DNA of 64,000 bases from Octopus bimaculoides (lineage: Eukaryota), in the NCBI RefSeq assembly GCF_001194135.2, contig NC_068983.1, positions 100,241,798 to 100,305,797 of the forward strand. The letters run 5' to 3'. A program made the position numbers and the translations under genes. This document shows, piece after piece, positions 24,767 through 38,103 of this stretch (position 1 is the first letter of the stretch; each line of letters starts with the position of its first letter). The notes beneath the pieces are model-generated. The model had not been told where the DNA came from and did no database searches. It worked only from the letters and a program-made list of their open reading frames with translations.

Positions 24767-27725
24767 GTATGTATTCTCCATAATAACGTAAATATGAAGT
24801 TATTATTTTCCATTTTGCTTTGAATTGGATATTGGACATAAACTAAATAAAACATAAATAAATGAAAATAATGATTGTTAGGGTTTTGTTTTTAGATCAA
24901 AGATTCTCATTTGCTGTGAATTACATCAAAAGTAGAGCAGTTTCTTCTCCATATGTTTTTACTTTCATCACATTGTCAGGAGTTGCATCATTATCATTAA
25001 CTGACTGACATTAATTCAGTGATGGTGAGCAAGCATAGCATAAAATTTATTATAATTAACATTTTATTACACTTGCATACCAAGACCAAAACATGTCTGG
25101 AGTTGTCACTGTCTACTTAAGGTGAGTCTGTCCTGCTCACTCCATTACCTATTTCCAATTACAATTAAAAGTGCATCGACCAATTTCAATTAAAATATTT
25201 TTTTTTATACTTTGAAATGTTATCCTTGATTTTGTTAGGCATTGTTCAACAATGTTACCTTGTTAATACATGTATTGATTCAATTAATCATTGTGTTTGC
25301 CATATTAAGTTTTTTAGTATTTCTTTCTCTATGACTTTTTGTAGTGTATCCCATTATCATCTTCATAATCAATTTGCGAAAATAAATTAAGTTCTCAAAA
25401 ATCATCTTATAAAATTAGAATAATGAAATAGATCTCTTTTCAGAAAGCAAAATCCTTTAAATCAAAATAAAACCTGATATTTTAGAGAAACAAAACTAAA
25501 GATTGTGAAAAAAGAAAAAAGAAAAAAATTCTAAGTTATGTATAGAGTTGACAATTAGTGTTTTAGTAACAGAATTAAACAAATGGCGACAGATTAAACA
25601 AGCAGGTATTGTGGGAACAAACTGTAGCAAGGGTCAGTTGAAATAATTTATGACTGTCAATCAATTGCTTATTCATGGACTCAAAATAGACTGTAAGGCC
25701 TTAATTGATCGGGGCTAAGGATATAAATACACTACCACTTCATAGTTTATGCTTCTATATTTACATTTTTCTCCTTAGATTTACAGGTTCGTTTATATGA
25801 CTCACAGTTACTAAAAACAGGAACAAAAACCTATTGTTATTTAAATGACTAACTTATGATTATATTACTTAGGTTATCTTGGAACTTGTCTAAGGCAATC
25901 CTGCAATCCTAATCGTAAACCTTATCAAAATGGAAACATGTTACTACTTATGGTAAAAATCTAATGTCACTGATAACATTTGAAATGCATTTGTTTGACT
26001 TCTGTTACCAGTTTTAAGAATTTGAAAACTGAAATTAGAACAAGACTGATTGTATGTTTTTATTTGTTAATATTATCATTTTCCTTATCTGACTACAATT
26101 ACTATGCTACATTTATTGGTGATGATGATAATATACTACATATTATTTGATGATGATGATACCAAATAGTTCTCAGTTATTCTCTTGGAATTCTTAAATA
26201 TCCCTAGATTAAGCTGAAATTTGGCTTCTCAGACTAAAATAGAGATCCACTGTCAGAAGTACATAACACTGTGTAACATGATTTTTGTCCTTAGGTGACA
26301 ACTGTTATTTCCTGTTTGCTTACCCCTAGAAAGTATGGAAAATGGCTAATACTTCCTTCAAACTTTGCTTTTGTTACATTTATTTAAACCCCAAATAATC
26401 CATCTCAACACATCACTCTGATACTTCTCCACTACTCCTACTCATGATCAGAGATGCACATATTGTCAGCCACTAAGGAACATGCTCAAGTGGTTAAGGT
26501 CATACAACTGGCAAGCAATTCTGTGGTATTGAGCAGAATATTTGCTATAACAATATTTCTGCTTCAGCTACTCAGCACTGAATCTGCCTGAAATGTAATG
26601 GAAAATAAGTCTGTTTCAAATCATTGATGTCCAGGTTACAAAAGCGAAGTTTGAAGGGAATAGTAGTCATTTTCTTTGACTTCTAGATAGAAGCAAATAG
26701 GAAATAAAACTTACTGACCAAAGACAAAAAAAAACAAAAAACTTGGTGATTGTAATGTGCATTCACTGTATTACTTGGAGCCAAACATGAAATGAGTTTA
26801 ACTTTTATTTTTTCATTAAATTTTAATGTATTTAGAGTAAAATTTTATTGAATTTTAAAATTTGCTTTTTTTTTTAAAAATTAAAAGTTATTTAGACTTG
26901 CTATTGTTTAGCATCTTGCCAGCACTGAACAAAATTCTAATTAAAGGCATTCCTGCTATGATCATCCTATTTTGTCTTAGGATGTTTATTCTCAGGTATA
27001 TGAATCAGAAACTAATCTGTTGTCCAATGTGCCCTCCTTTATTATTTTTTGGGTTGGTAAGGTATGATTTGAGGGTGATTTGGTTGCTATTTCTAATAAG
27101 CTAAGTGCCCATTTAGAGATTTCCTTGACCCAAAATTTTAAAACAAAAACATCCTGTTCAGATTGTCATTGATCTGATTTTCAGGTAATTGAACCACCTC
27201 TCTGAAGTATTAAGTTTCTTTAACTTGGTATATTTAACTTAATGCAGAATTTTAAATTGGAGGTCAACGAATCCAAATTCAACCTAGAATTGCATATTCC
27301 TCTCCAAATATAGGTTGTCTGGTTAATAGTTAGAAAACGTAAATGAGTTTCATGAAAAGTTTGAGGTAGATGATTTTGATGCTTTTTTTTTGGAAGTTTA
27401 AAAGCAACTTCCCTATTCTGACAAAGTAACAATACAAAAGAACTATCTTTCTATGTTTCTTTAGTATCCTGACCTTTATATGAAAAACTTCTCTAGAGCT
27501 ACATTTTGTATTGAGATTAATAATCTCTTGATGAAGTTTCTTCCCCATAATCTCTAATCTGATCTTACTTTCTCCTATTTGCTGCTACTGGATGCTTCTA
27601 TTCTAAGCTGTGTATTTTTTCTCTTTTGACCTTTTGTATGTAGCTACAAACTTAACCCAAATAAAAATGTTGGCAATTCTCAGGAAAAAAAAAAATACTA
27701 TGCTGTTTATTCATATTTTTGACAG

Positions 27726-27870
27726 AGAGACAGACAGTATCAGCAGTCATGTCAATGCTATGATATCTTTGTTGGAAGTATGCCTCAAGTACAATCTGCA
27801 ACCAAGTGGCAAGGATGAAGATCCAGCACATGCTAAAATTGCATCAGATGTTCTCAGCTGTTTATTTATG
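27726..27870 (+). CDS. VEPH1: VEPH1 coding exon 2 (ETDSISSH...[26 protein letters not shown])
   Basis: TTTTGACAG| acceptor, ATG|GTACAT donor, phase 2 to 0. Contains the family motif GKDEDxxHAKIASD. Confidence 0.95.
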
Positions 27871-28811
27871 GTACATTTTATATCATTTTAAAAAATACTT
27901 AATTGCTACAGTGTAGATGATTAGTAGTAGGGCAATTAATAGGGTTTTTAAAAATTGTTTTGTAATATATTCTAAGGGAGACCTTTTGTTTATGACTATT
28001 AAAAATTAACTATTTTGTTGTTAAAAAGTTATTTTAATTGCTAGGTGAACTGAGGGATATAGAGTAAAGTGTCTTGTGCCGGGACACAACTAAATGCCAA
28101 TTAAACCATCAGCTCATGGTTTATCAGTTGATAGTCCTGTATGACTGAACATTTTATTGTTACCCTGTACGTTAAGAAAAATTTCAACCATCACTAATAG
28201 ATTTTTTTCCTCTGAATATATTTCACTGAAGTTTTCAAAAAAAAAAAAAAAAGAGTCTTTAAAATTTTTTTTATATAAGACAATTGTTTTCAATACTGAA
28301 CTACTTGCCTGATGTGATGTTTGTAGTCTCTTCATATTTTAGATTGACAATTTTTGCAGTCAGTACTCTGCTTTCATTAGAAATTATTGTAATTCTTTAA
28401 TCATGAAAATTATGTTTGATATTTTTTGAGTTTTTAAAATTGATCTAAACTTCTCAATGTAGCCTGACAGTAATTAAATATTTATTATTTGTCTATGTCA
28501 GCATGATACTTGAGTATTAACTGTCTGAAGGAAAATAATATGAATGACAGAAAAATAAAACTGAGTAGACTTTTCAATCAATTTTGTTTACATACCAGAT
28601 AATGTGTATACTCAGGCTATGTTCCATTAGTACTTAAATCAGAAAGGTCAATTGGAAACTTTCACCATTCTGTTGTTTAACATGTTACATTTTAGACTAT
28701 ATCTGTTATTGTGAGTCTCTTGCTAATATAGCTGCCAGGAATTGGCTGACATTCTGTAAGAGTTTTTTTCAAATTGACATGTATAATTTATTGATTTATT
28801 ATTTTTCTCAG

Positions 28812-28986
28812 AATTATACTAAAAAGGGAGTGATGGAAATAGCATTACCAGCAGTTGTGCAATTTCTGGATTGTGAAAATAAAGAATTAGTACGAAATGT
28901 CTCCAGTTATTTATCTCTGGCTGCCATTGGCTGTTCTTCCTTGTTGGCTTCCTACATGGAACTTATCATCAGCAGTGTTCTGAAAG
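28812..28986 (+). CDS. VEPH1: VEPH1 coding exon 3 (NYTKKGVMEIALPAVVQFL...NKELVRNVSSYLSLAAI...VLKG)
   Basis: TTCTCAG| acceptor, AAG|GTAATT donor, phase 0 to 1. Contains NKELxRNxSxYLSLAAI. Confidence 0.95.
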
Positions 28987-29580
28987 GTAATTATCTTACA
29001 GAGTATTTCTTTGTTGCTGCTTATCTTTTATAATCTTTTGTTTCATTCATTAGATTGTGGCCATGCTAGGGCACTGCCTTGAAGAAATTTTAGTCAAATG
29101 TATCAACCCCAGTACTTATTTTTTAAAGCCTGAGACTTATTCTATCAGTCTGTTTTGCTTAACTGCTAAGTTACAGGGACATTAACATCCCAGCACGAGT
29201 TGTTAAACAGTGGTTGGGGGACAAACACACATGCACGCACACACATGATGGGCTTCTTTCAGTTTTTGTTTACTAAATCTACTCACAAGATTTTGGTCAA
29301 TCTGAAGCTATAATAGAAGACACTTGACCAAGGTGCCATGCTGTGGGATCAAACCCTGATCCATGTTGTTGAAAAGCAAGCTTCTTACTACACAGTCACG
29401 CTTGTGCCTGATTGAAAATTTTCTTTGCACTATCTAATTTTGTTTTTGTCCCTGAAAGTAGCATATTGTTCCCAATCTGAACGAGGTAACCATTATTAGA
29501 TCAAAGAGATTTACTGATTGATTGGGTAGGTGAGTTAGTGGATAAATCTATGGTTAATACAGAGTTCAAGGCATACTCTT

Positions 29581-29969
29581 TACTTTTTTACTCTTTTTAG
29601 TCATTTGACTGCGGCCATGCTGGAGCACCGCCTTTAGTCGAGCAAATCGACCCCAGGACTTATTCTTTGGAAGCCTAGTACTGATTCTATCGGTCTATTT
29701 TGCCGAACCACTAAGTGACAGGGACATAAACACACCAGCATCGGTTGTCAAGCAATGTTGGTGGGGGGAACAAACATATACACATACATATATATATACA
29801 TATATACGACGGGCTTCTTTCAGTTTCCGTCTACCAAATCCACTCACAAGGCTTTGGTTGGCCCGAGGCTATAGTAGAAGACACTTGCCCAAGGTGCCAC
29901 GCAGTGGGAATGAACCCGGAACCATGTGGTTGGTAAGCAAGCTACTTACCACACAGCCACTCCTGTGCC
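29581..29969 (-). mobile_element. SINE family C, full length; an older copy lies at 29045-29409
   Basis: Reverse-complement homologue of 7561-7937. Confidence 0.85.
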
Positions 29970-30237
29970 TAGAGTAATATACTTAAGGAACACAAGTAAA
30001 AAGGAAGTGTTCTTTAAAGTAGTAGTCCTCCTCAGAATGTATGCTTGTGTGTAATGTTTGGTATGGATTTTGGGAGATAGTGTGGGCAGTGATAAGAGTT
30101 GGAGTGTAATGAATTGGTTAAACATTGATAAGGCTTTGGATGCATATGGTCTATACTGTGATGTCTTTTATACACTGATTTTCTACTGATTTACATCCTG
30201 AATCTTAACAGTTTGTCATGTTCTCTTTTTGATAAAG

Positions 30238-30401
30238 GTAACTCAGCTTTGACTCTCCTCCTTCAAAAGGTCTATCCTGATAACAAACAAGTTATATTGG
30301 ACCATATCCCTGAATTGGTACGGCTCATGGATACATGTGAACTACAAGAGAGTATCAGTTTGATCCAGATATTTGCAATGGTTGCAAAAGAAAACCCAAG
30401 G
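30238..30401 (+). CDS. VEPH1: VEPH1 coding exon 4 (GNSALTLLLQKVYPDNKQVILDHIPELV...AMVAKENPR)
   Basis: TCTTTTTGATAAAG| acceptor, AGG|GTAATT donor, phase 1 to 0. Colinear with VEPH1 GNxxLLRVLPAVY...HLxELLxLM. Confidence 0.9.
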
Positions 30402-32633
30402 GTAATTTTTGTTATTATTATTCCTTTTGATTCAGGTTTTGTTGGAACTCCTGGAGTCTTGCATGTGTAGCAAGCTTACTACCTGCAGCCTATGGTATCA
30501 TGCTATCTGTTTTTTTTCAACTATCTAATATTTTTCTGACTATTCTAGCTGTGCCAAGGAAACAAACCTTTTGTATCAGCTCTACTAGGCCCTCTATTCT
30601 GATTTCCTTTATATTCTTCCTGATGCTTTCTGATACTGTTCCCAAGGATCCAGCCATAATTGGCATTGTGTTCACCTTCATTTTCCATTTTTGTTATTAT
30701 TATAAGTATAGGATGTGCTACCAAGATTGAACATTTAGTATATGTTGTCCAAGAGGAAGACATCATAATCATCATTATTATCATCATAGTCATTATTTTA
30801 ATGTTCACTTTTCGATGCTTCCTTTGGTCAGACAGAATTTGCCAAGGTAGATTTTTTATGGCCAGATGCCCTTCCTGCTGTTAATTCTTATCTTTTCCAA
30901 GTAAGGTAATATTTCCCTTTGGCTGGAAATGAATGACACTTCCTTACAACTATCACACAGTGTAAAGACAAAGAGAGAGAGAGACAAAGACACTCTCTCT
31001 CTCTCTCTCTCTCTCTCTCNNNNNNNNNNNNNNNNNNNNNNNNNNNNNNNNNNNNNNNNNNNNNNNNNNNNNNNNNNNNNNNNNNNNNNNNNNNNNNNNN
31101 NNNNNNNNNNNNNNNNNNNNNNNNNNNNNNNNNNNNNNNNNNNNNNNNNNNNNNNNNNNNNNNNNNNNNNNNNNNNNNNNNNNNNNNNNNNNNNNNNNNN
31201 NNNNNNNNNNNNNNNNNNNNNNNNNNNNNNNNNNNNNNNNNNNNNNNNNNNNNNNNNNNNNNNNNNAAAATTTCAATCTTTAAAAAGCTCTCAATCAGAC
31301 TCCATCAGCATGTTATAGTGAAAGATTGAAGGCCTACATGCTACTCATGTAGTAGCATCAACTACTTGTGGACCCTCTGTGCACAGTAACAGAAGGCAGC
31401 CTAATGAAAAGCTTGCACTATTGCCAACACCACAACCATTGCAATAACAATGTTAGCATCAACAACAAAGCAATTGCTACACCAACAGCAGCAAGAGTAA
31501 CATTGTGACCACCAATAATAGCAGTGGCAACAATTATGGCACTAGCATCAACAGCAAGGACAACAACAGAAACATCCTCATCAATAACAACCACCACTGC
31601 AACAGATACCAACACTGTATCCCACCTAGTAAAAGAGTTCTGCCTCTAACACAAAATAAACTTTCCCTCATATGCAAGTCCACCAACATACAAAAAACAC
31701 TGACACATTGCTTGCACACTCACCTCCTCTTAAACTCCAAAACCCCTTTGTGTGTTGTGGGCAACAGGAGACCGTGGGAAGAGATCTTTGTCATGGCATA
31801 GAGAAAAATGAAACAAGAAAATGACCATACACCAATGTCATCAGTATTACCATCACTACCTCAACAACATAAGCAATTATCCCAAATACAATCACAACCA
31901 CAAATGAAAAAATCTAAGCAAATACATGAAAAACAAACCTAACAACCAAATACACTTCCTCCACTTCATCAGCTTCACTGTCATTTGAAAGAGTAACAGT
32001 GATTTCATAGAGGAGTTGGAAATAATAAAATCATTATCACCAAAAGAGTATGTGTTAATGAAATCTTTTTCAAACCATCTTATACAGACATACAAAACAG
32101 AATCTATTGAGAACTAATGGTGGGAAAGCATAATTCTGTTCTGGGAGATGCTATGAGTATTGATGAAAACAAACTGGTTGGTCTGTTTCAGGGGTTTCTT
32201 AGGCTGGAGACTATGGATAACTTCCTGAAATCTGTATACTGGCACTCCTAGTCTGAGATAATTCTACAAGCAAAGAAGTACTATCGACAGGCCTGTCCAG
32301 GATGCAGCCAGAATAAAGGAATTTTTCTGCATGCTTTCCAAGTGTCTAAGCATTACTGACCTGTGGAGTTATGTTGAATAATTGTTGTCATATTTAGGAT
32401 GCATCAAGCTATTGTCCAAGTTCATTGCAAAGATTGCCCCACTGCTTTCCTTTAACCAAGAAAGGCAAGCAGTGTTTCAAATTCTGCCGAGGTTGACTTT
32501 ACCTTTCATCCTTTCAGGGTTGATAAGTACCAGTTGAGCATGGAGGTCGATGTAATTGACTTACCCTTTCCTTCGAAATTTCAGGCTTTGTGCCTATATT
32601 AGTAGGACTATTATTATTATTATTATTATTATT

Positions 32634-33187
32634 GAGTGAGAGAGCAGTGCATGCCATCAAAGTGACACTGGGGTAAAATATATGAAGTCCAGTATACCCA
32701 TCATGACTACCCGTCTGATAAGGGTACACCAGGCACATGCATCACAACTATATGTGTGCGACATGGTGATCTCATATCAAGATAAGCAGCGCATGACCAT
32801 GCAGGTGGGGCCCATTTAGAATTTTCTTCAGGTCGAGTAGCCCATTCCGCTCAAAAGGTCCCTGAATAAGGTTTGTTTAAGGATGTTGAGCAAAACACCC
32901 ATGTTTCCAAAGGTGAATTATTCAAACCCCAAAGTCTTCCTCTCAATACATGACTATGATGCTCCCCCACTACTTCTGCTCATGATCAGAGATGCACATA
33001 TCGTCAGCCACCAAGGGACATGCTCAACTGGTTAAGATCAAACAACTGACAAGTAAATTTGTGGTATTAAGCAGAATATTTACTGTAGCCCATCTTTTAT
33101 ACCAAGACAAAACAATGTACATAATAACACTTCCAATCAATTAAGATCAGAAGCCATGAGAGCCACTACCTGGTACTGCATCTGGGC
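32634..33187. mobile_element. Unclassified interspersed repeat bracketed by (ATT)n on both sides
   Basis: (ATT)n at about 32610-32633 and 33188-33211. The internal part (ATGATCAGAGATGCACATAT.GTCAGCCAC...GTGGTATT.AGCAGAATATTT) recurs at about 26340-26560. Confidence 0.6.
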
Positions 33188-33794
33188 ATTATTATTATTA
33201 TTATTATTATTACTATTCATCTGGCATCTGGAACATTACTATCCATCAGTCCCCTATTTATCTAACAATATGGTTAGTGGAACATCAATCCATCCATTCC
33301 ACGGAATATTAGCAGCTGGCATTAGCAACAATGTTCTGGGGGTATACACTGGGTGTTGATAAAGATCTACTCTGCACTCTATTTATGAGAACTTTTGGTT
33401 GAGAATTATAGACAATTCTCCAAAAGCTTATGGTGTAGCAGTTTTACTAAAGAGGAAGGCAACAACAGTTAAGGATTGATAAACCCTTTGGCATAGCATT
33501 ACCATCAGCCAAGCTTGTTTGAAATACATGGAAAGTGGCCAGATTGGATGATTTGAATGGGTCTATTCTCATATATGCAACTCTAGACCATGGACTGAAA
33601 AGTGGAAGAGGCCACTTTCGGTTGGTAATCAAGGAGTGTAGAATTTTTGAGAGATGGTTTTTTTTTTTTTGCAGGTGTTCTTTGATTCTAGAATGTGGTA
33701 ATTTACTTTTGGATGATTTCATTTAATTGTATGATTGTTTTGCATGTCTATATGAGTGATAGAATATGTTGGAGAATGTGCAGTGTAGGAGTGT

Positions 33795-33825
<31 letters not shown>

Positions 33826-34369
33826 TGAAAATGCATATGTGTATTTGCGATAATGTTTTTGCTTTGTTTTTACATGACTTAGACGAAGAAGGGTGGAATA
33901 AACGGGTAACAGTCTCTTACCCAAGATTTGTGTGTGTATGTGTGTGTTTGTGTGTGTGTGAGAGAGAGAAGGTGGGGAGTTGTTTTTTGTGTAAGAGAAT
34001 ATGTTTCTATGAGTAAAAGTTGTGAGTAAAGGAGTATGTGTGTGAGAAAGAAAGAGGGATAGTAGATGTGTGAGAGAGAGAGAGTGTGTGTGAAATAATC
34101 ATAAATAGTATCTGTTAATGAATATTAGTATGGTCTGGTAGATGAGCAACATTAATAAAGTGGTGAGCTGGCTGAATTGTTAGCGTGTCAGACAAAATGC
34201 TTAGCATCATTTCTTCCAGCTCATTACGTGCTGGGGTCAACTTTACCCTTCATCCTTTCATCCTTTCAGGGTCAACAAAATAAAGTACCAGTATAGTACT
34301 GGGGCTCATGTAATCAAGTAATACCATTCCACAAAAATTGCTGGTCCTTTACCAAACTTTGAAACAATA

Positions 34370-34593
34370 TTAACCCTTTAGTATTTAAACCAGCCATATC
34401 CGGCCAAAATATTCTACCTGTTTTAGGTTCAAACTGGCCTGATCCTACCTCTCACACCTACCCTACAATATCATTCTAAAAATCAACAGTCACATCATTG
34501 AAATCTTGAAGCTACACAATGCATGAGTAATTCCAAGCAATGTAAATGATAAGCATTACATTTGACAAAATAATCTGAATACTAAAGGGTTAA
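34370..34593 (+). mobile_element. piggyBac-type MITE with TTAA target site
   Basis: TTAA-CCCTTTAGTATT ... AATACTAAAGGG-TTAA: terminal inverted repeats flanked by TTAA. Confidence 0.8.
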
Positions 34594-34677
34594 TGATGGA
34601 GAGGAAAATTATAGATTTATGCATGCATAAATAATGCCTGTACTAATACTAATATGTAAGGCAAATGGATGATGTGT

Positions 34678-35066
34678 TGTTGTTGTTGTTGGCACTCCGT
34701 CGCTTACGACATCGAGGGTTCCAGTTGATCCAATCAACGGAACAGCCTGCTCGTGAAATTAACGTGCAAGTGGCTGAGCACTCTACAGACACATGTACCC
34801 TTAACGTAGTTCTCGGAGATATTCAGCATGACATGGTGTGACAAGGCTGACCCTTTGAATTACAGGCACAAGAGAAACAGGAAGTAAGAGTGAGAGAAAG
34901 TTGTGGTGAAAGAGTACAGCAGGGTTCGCCACCATCCCCTGCCAGAACCTCGTGGAGCTTTAGGTGTTTTCGCTCAATAAACACTCACAACGCCCGGTCT
35001 GGGAATCGAAACCGCGATCCTATGACCGCGAGTCCGCTGCCCTAACCACTGGGCCATTGCGCCTCC
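34678..35066 (-). mobile_element. Young full-length SINE family A with 13-bp TSD
   Basis: TSD ATGGATGATGTGT at 34665-34677 and 35067-35079. Near-identical to 16711-17100. Confidence 0.92.
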
Positions 35067-35974
35067 ATGGATGATGTGTACACTGATTAGAAAAAGTATT
35101 GTGAATTAGACCATAAACAACTGGAATTAAAGTAGTTAGATCGATCTTGAGAATGTAGATACTCAGATGGAATGACATTGCAATAAGAAAAAAAGATGAA
35201 AAAATTTATGTGTGTATTGAATATGTATAAATTATTAATGTGCATTCTAGTGTAAATGTATTGTGTTGTTACTTCTTTTCTTGTTATTTATGTTTTCTTT
35301 TTGAGTTTCATTTTCTTTGGATTAGTCTGTCATTTCTAAGCAACACCTGGTTTTCTTTTAATTCGTAAAAAAATTCAGCTTAGTCAAGAAATTGCTGAAT
35401 GGCCATAAACTCAATTTTTATCTGAGTTAACTTCTTACATACAACAATAACATAAGATTAGTTGGTTTATAATTTCCGTCAATTTAATTGTCTCTTGTGT
35501 ACCTATGCTGTCAGTTCTATTAACTTCAGATTAAAGGGAAACTAAGTTGATTTAGGTTGTCACTATTCTTTGTTAAAGATGTATTATTTCTTCCTTTCTC
35601 ACTTGAAATGGATTTGTTGTTGGAACAAATGTCTACATAGACTTACATCCTTTGAAGTGTCAATCATTTGTCAGCTGATGTCTAATTAGACTGGAAAAAG
35701 TAGATTAACAAACATTTCTTAAGAGTATGTAACATTGCTTGCCTTAGGGTTTCAATTCTTAACTGCCTGTATCTTAACTGCTATTTTAATTTTTGTTCAT
35801 AGCCACTCTATGATACATATCAAATATATAATACTGTGTAACAGTAAGATCTACCCATGCTTCACAGAAATAAATTGATTATTATTCACTGGATATACAC
35901 TGGGAAACTTAAGTATGAACGAAGGTTGTATCTTAGTACTGGAATTATCAGTGTTTCCTTTTTTTTTTATAATG

Positions 35975-36453
35975 AGGCTCAGGTGTAGCCACATGGTTCT
36001 GGATTCAGTTCAACTGCGTGGCACCTTGGGCAAGTGTCTTCTACTATAGCCTCAGACAAATAAAAGCCTTGTGAGTGGACTTGGTAGACAGAAACTGAAA
36101 GGAGCCTGTTGTATGTGTGTGTGTATACTCTTTTACTCTTTTACTTGTTACAGTCATTTGACTGTGGCCATGCTGGAGCACCGCCTTTTTAGTCGAGCAA
36201 ATCGACCCTAGGACTTATTCTTTGGAAGCCTAGTACTTATTCTATCGATCTCTTTTGCCGAACCGCTAAGTTATGGGGACGTAAACACACCAGCATCGGT
36301 TGTCAAGCGATGTTGGGGGGACAAACAGACACAAACATATACAGACACATACATATTTCTTTTCTTTCTTTTACTTGTTTCAGTCATTTGACTGCGGCCA
36401 TGCTGGAGCACCACCTTTAGTTGAGCAAATCGACCCCGGGACTTATTCTTTGT
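35975..36453. mobile_element. Cluster of SINE family C pieces (plus-strand head, two minus-strand tails) running into a gap
   Basis: Head GTGGCACCTTGGGCAAGTGTCTTC on the plus strand, then TCATTTGACTG.GGCCATGCTGGAGCACC tails starting at about 36130 and 36370. Confidence 0.75.
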
Positions 36454-37235
36454 NNNNNNNNNNNNNNNNNNNNNNNNNNNNNNNNNNNNNNNNNNNNNNN
36501 NNNNNNNNNNNNNNNNNNNNNNNNNNNNNNNNNNNNNNNNNNNNNNNNNNNNNNNNNNNNNNNNNNNNNNNNNNNNNNNNNNNNNNNNNNNNNNNNNNNN
36601 NNNNNNNNNNNNNNNNNNNNNNNNNNNNNNNNNNNNNNNNNNNNNNNNNNNNNNNNNNNNNNNNNNNNNNNNNNNNNNNNNNNNNNNNNNNNNNNNNNNN
36701 NNNNNNNNNNNNNNNNNNNNNNNNNNNNNNNNNNNNNNNNNNNNNNNNNNNNNNNNNNNNNNNNNNNNNNNNNNNNNNNNNNNNNNNNNNNNNNNNNNNN
36801 NNNNNNNNNNNNNNNNNNNNNNNNNNNNNNNNNNNNNNNNNNNNNNNNNNNNNNNNNNNNNNNNNNNNNNNNNNNNNNNNNNNNNNNNNNNNNNNNNNNN
36901 NNNNNNNNNNNNNNNNNNNNNNNNNNNNNNNNNNNNNNNNNNNNNNNNNNNNNNNNNNNNNNNNNNNNNNNNNNNNNNNNNNNNNNNNNNNNNNNNNNNN
37001 NNNNNNNNNNNNNNNNNNNNNNNNNNNNNNNNNNNNNNNNNNNNNNNNNNNNNNNNNNNNNNNNNNNNNNNNNNNNNNNNNNNNNNNNNNNNNNNNNNNN
37101 NNNNNNNNNNNNNNNNNTATATATATATATATATGTGTGTGTGCAGAAGGTTGGAAAGGAACACATGAGTTGATATATATATATATATGGAAAAAAAGTC
37201 AAGGTAGAAATGCTAAAATAATTTTATAAAAAACA

Positions 37236-37277
37236 TTTCAGTACCGGTTTCAGTCATTGAGACTTTTTCAACTGTAA
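37236..37277 (-). ncRNA. Minimal hammerhead-ribozyme variant (U3-A8 core), Penelope-type
   Basis: Minus strand reads CAG-UUGAAAA-AGUC-(UCAAU)-GACU-GAAAC-CG-GUA-CUG: stem I CAG/CUG, stem II AGUC/GACU, palindromic ACCGGU stem III and a GUA triplet. Confidence 0.55.
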
Positions 37278-37910
37278 GTATGGAAAACAATTAAATTTTG
37301 CCTGTCTCTGTCTCTCTTGTTTACTCTTGTGGGTTCCAGTTTGCAGAGAAAAAGAAGAAGGTGGAGGAGAAGAAGAAGAATGCAGGAGTGTTATGATAGT
37401 AGTAGGATGTTAAATGGTCAAGTGCCCTGAAAGTGACTTGTTGTGGATGGTAGTAGTGATTAATATATATATATATATATATATAACTGAAAAAATTTGG
37501 AGTCAACAAGGAGTATGGCTGGACATTTATTTTTTAATCACTACAGTTGTTTCCATGCTTTATAATTTCTTTTTACTGTTGATTTGTTCTTCATGGTTAG
37601 TTACACATGTGATTGTTCTTAGCTGAAATTTAAGAATTGGCCTGTACACACACATACATGGTTGTTCACATATACATCCATATATGTACTAATGCTCAGA
37701 CACACACAAACATTTACATACATATATGCATATATACATATATACATATGCACACACACACACTCATATGTATATGTACGCACACTCACATACATACACA
37801 TATACAAATATATGTACATATATACATACACAGATGTGCATGTGTGCATTGACCGTTGACTGAACACTATTCAATTTTTTTTCTCCGTGTTTTTCTCCTT
37901 GTCTCCGTAT

Positions 37911-37947
37911 TCTTTCTGTTGAAGAGCGTAGCTCGAAACGTCAAAGA
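37911..37947 (+). ncRNA. Minimal (dimer-type) hammerhead-ribozyme motif on the sense strand of VEPH1 intron 4
   Basis: UCUUU-CUGUUGA-A-GAGC-(GUA)-GCUC-GAAAC-GUC-AAAGA: perfect 5-bp stem I, perfect 4-bp stem II, palindromic ACGU stem III and a GUC triplet. The core has A6>U. Confidence 0.65.
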
Positions 37948-38043
37948 CTTTCCGTATTCCCGAGCGTCATACTAATATATACTTTTGTTATTTACACCAC
38001 CTGTCCTCGTCTGTTGTTATTTTTTGTATATTCTCCCACATAT

Positions 38044-38103
<60 letters not shown>

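Noticed and set aside
32100-33760. Cys/His-containing fragments at 32.1-32.45 and 33.4-33.75 kb resembling an L1/Tx1 C-terminus
   Set aside because: Too degraded for a confident call without a profile search.
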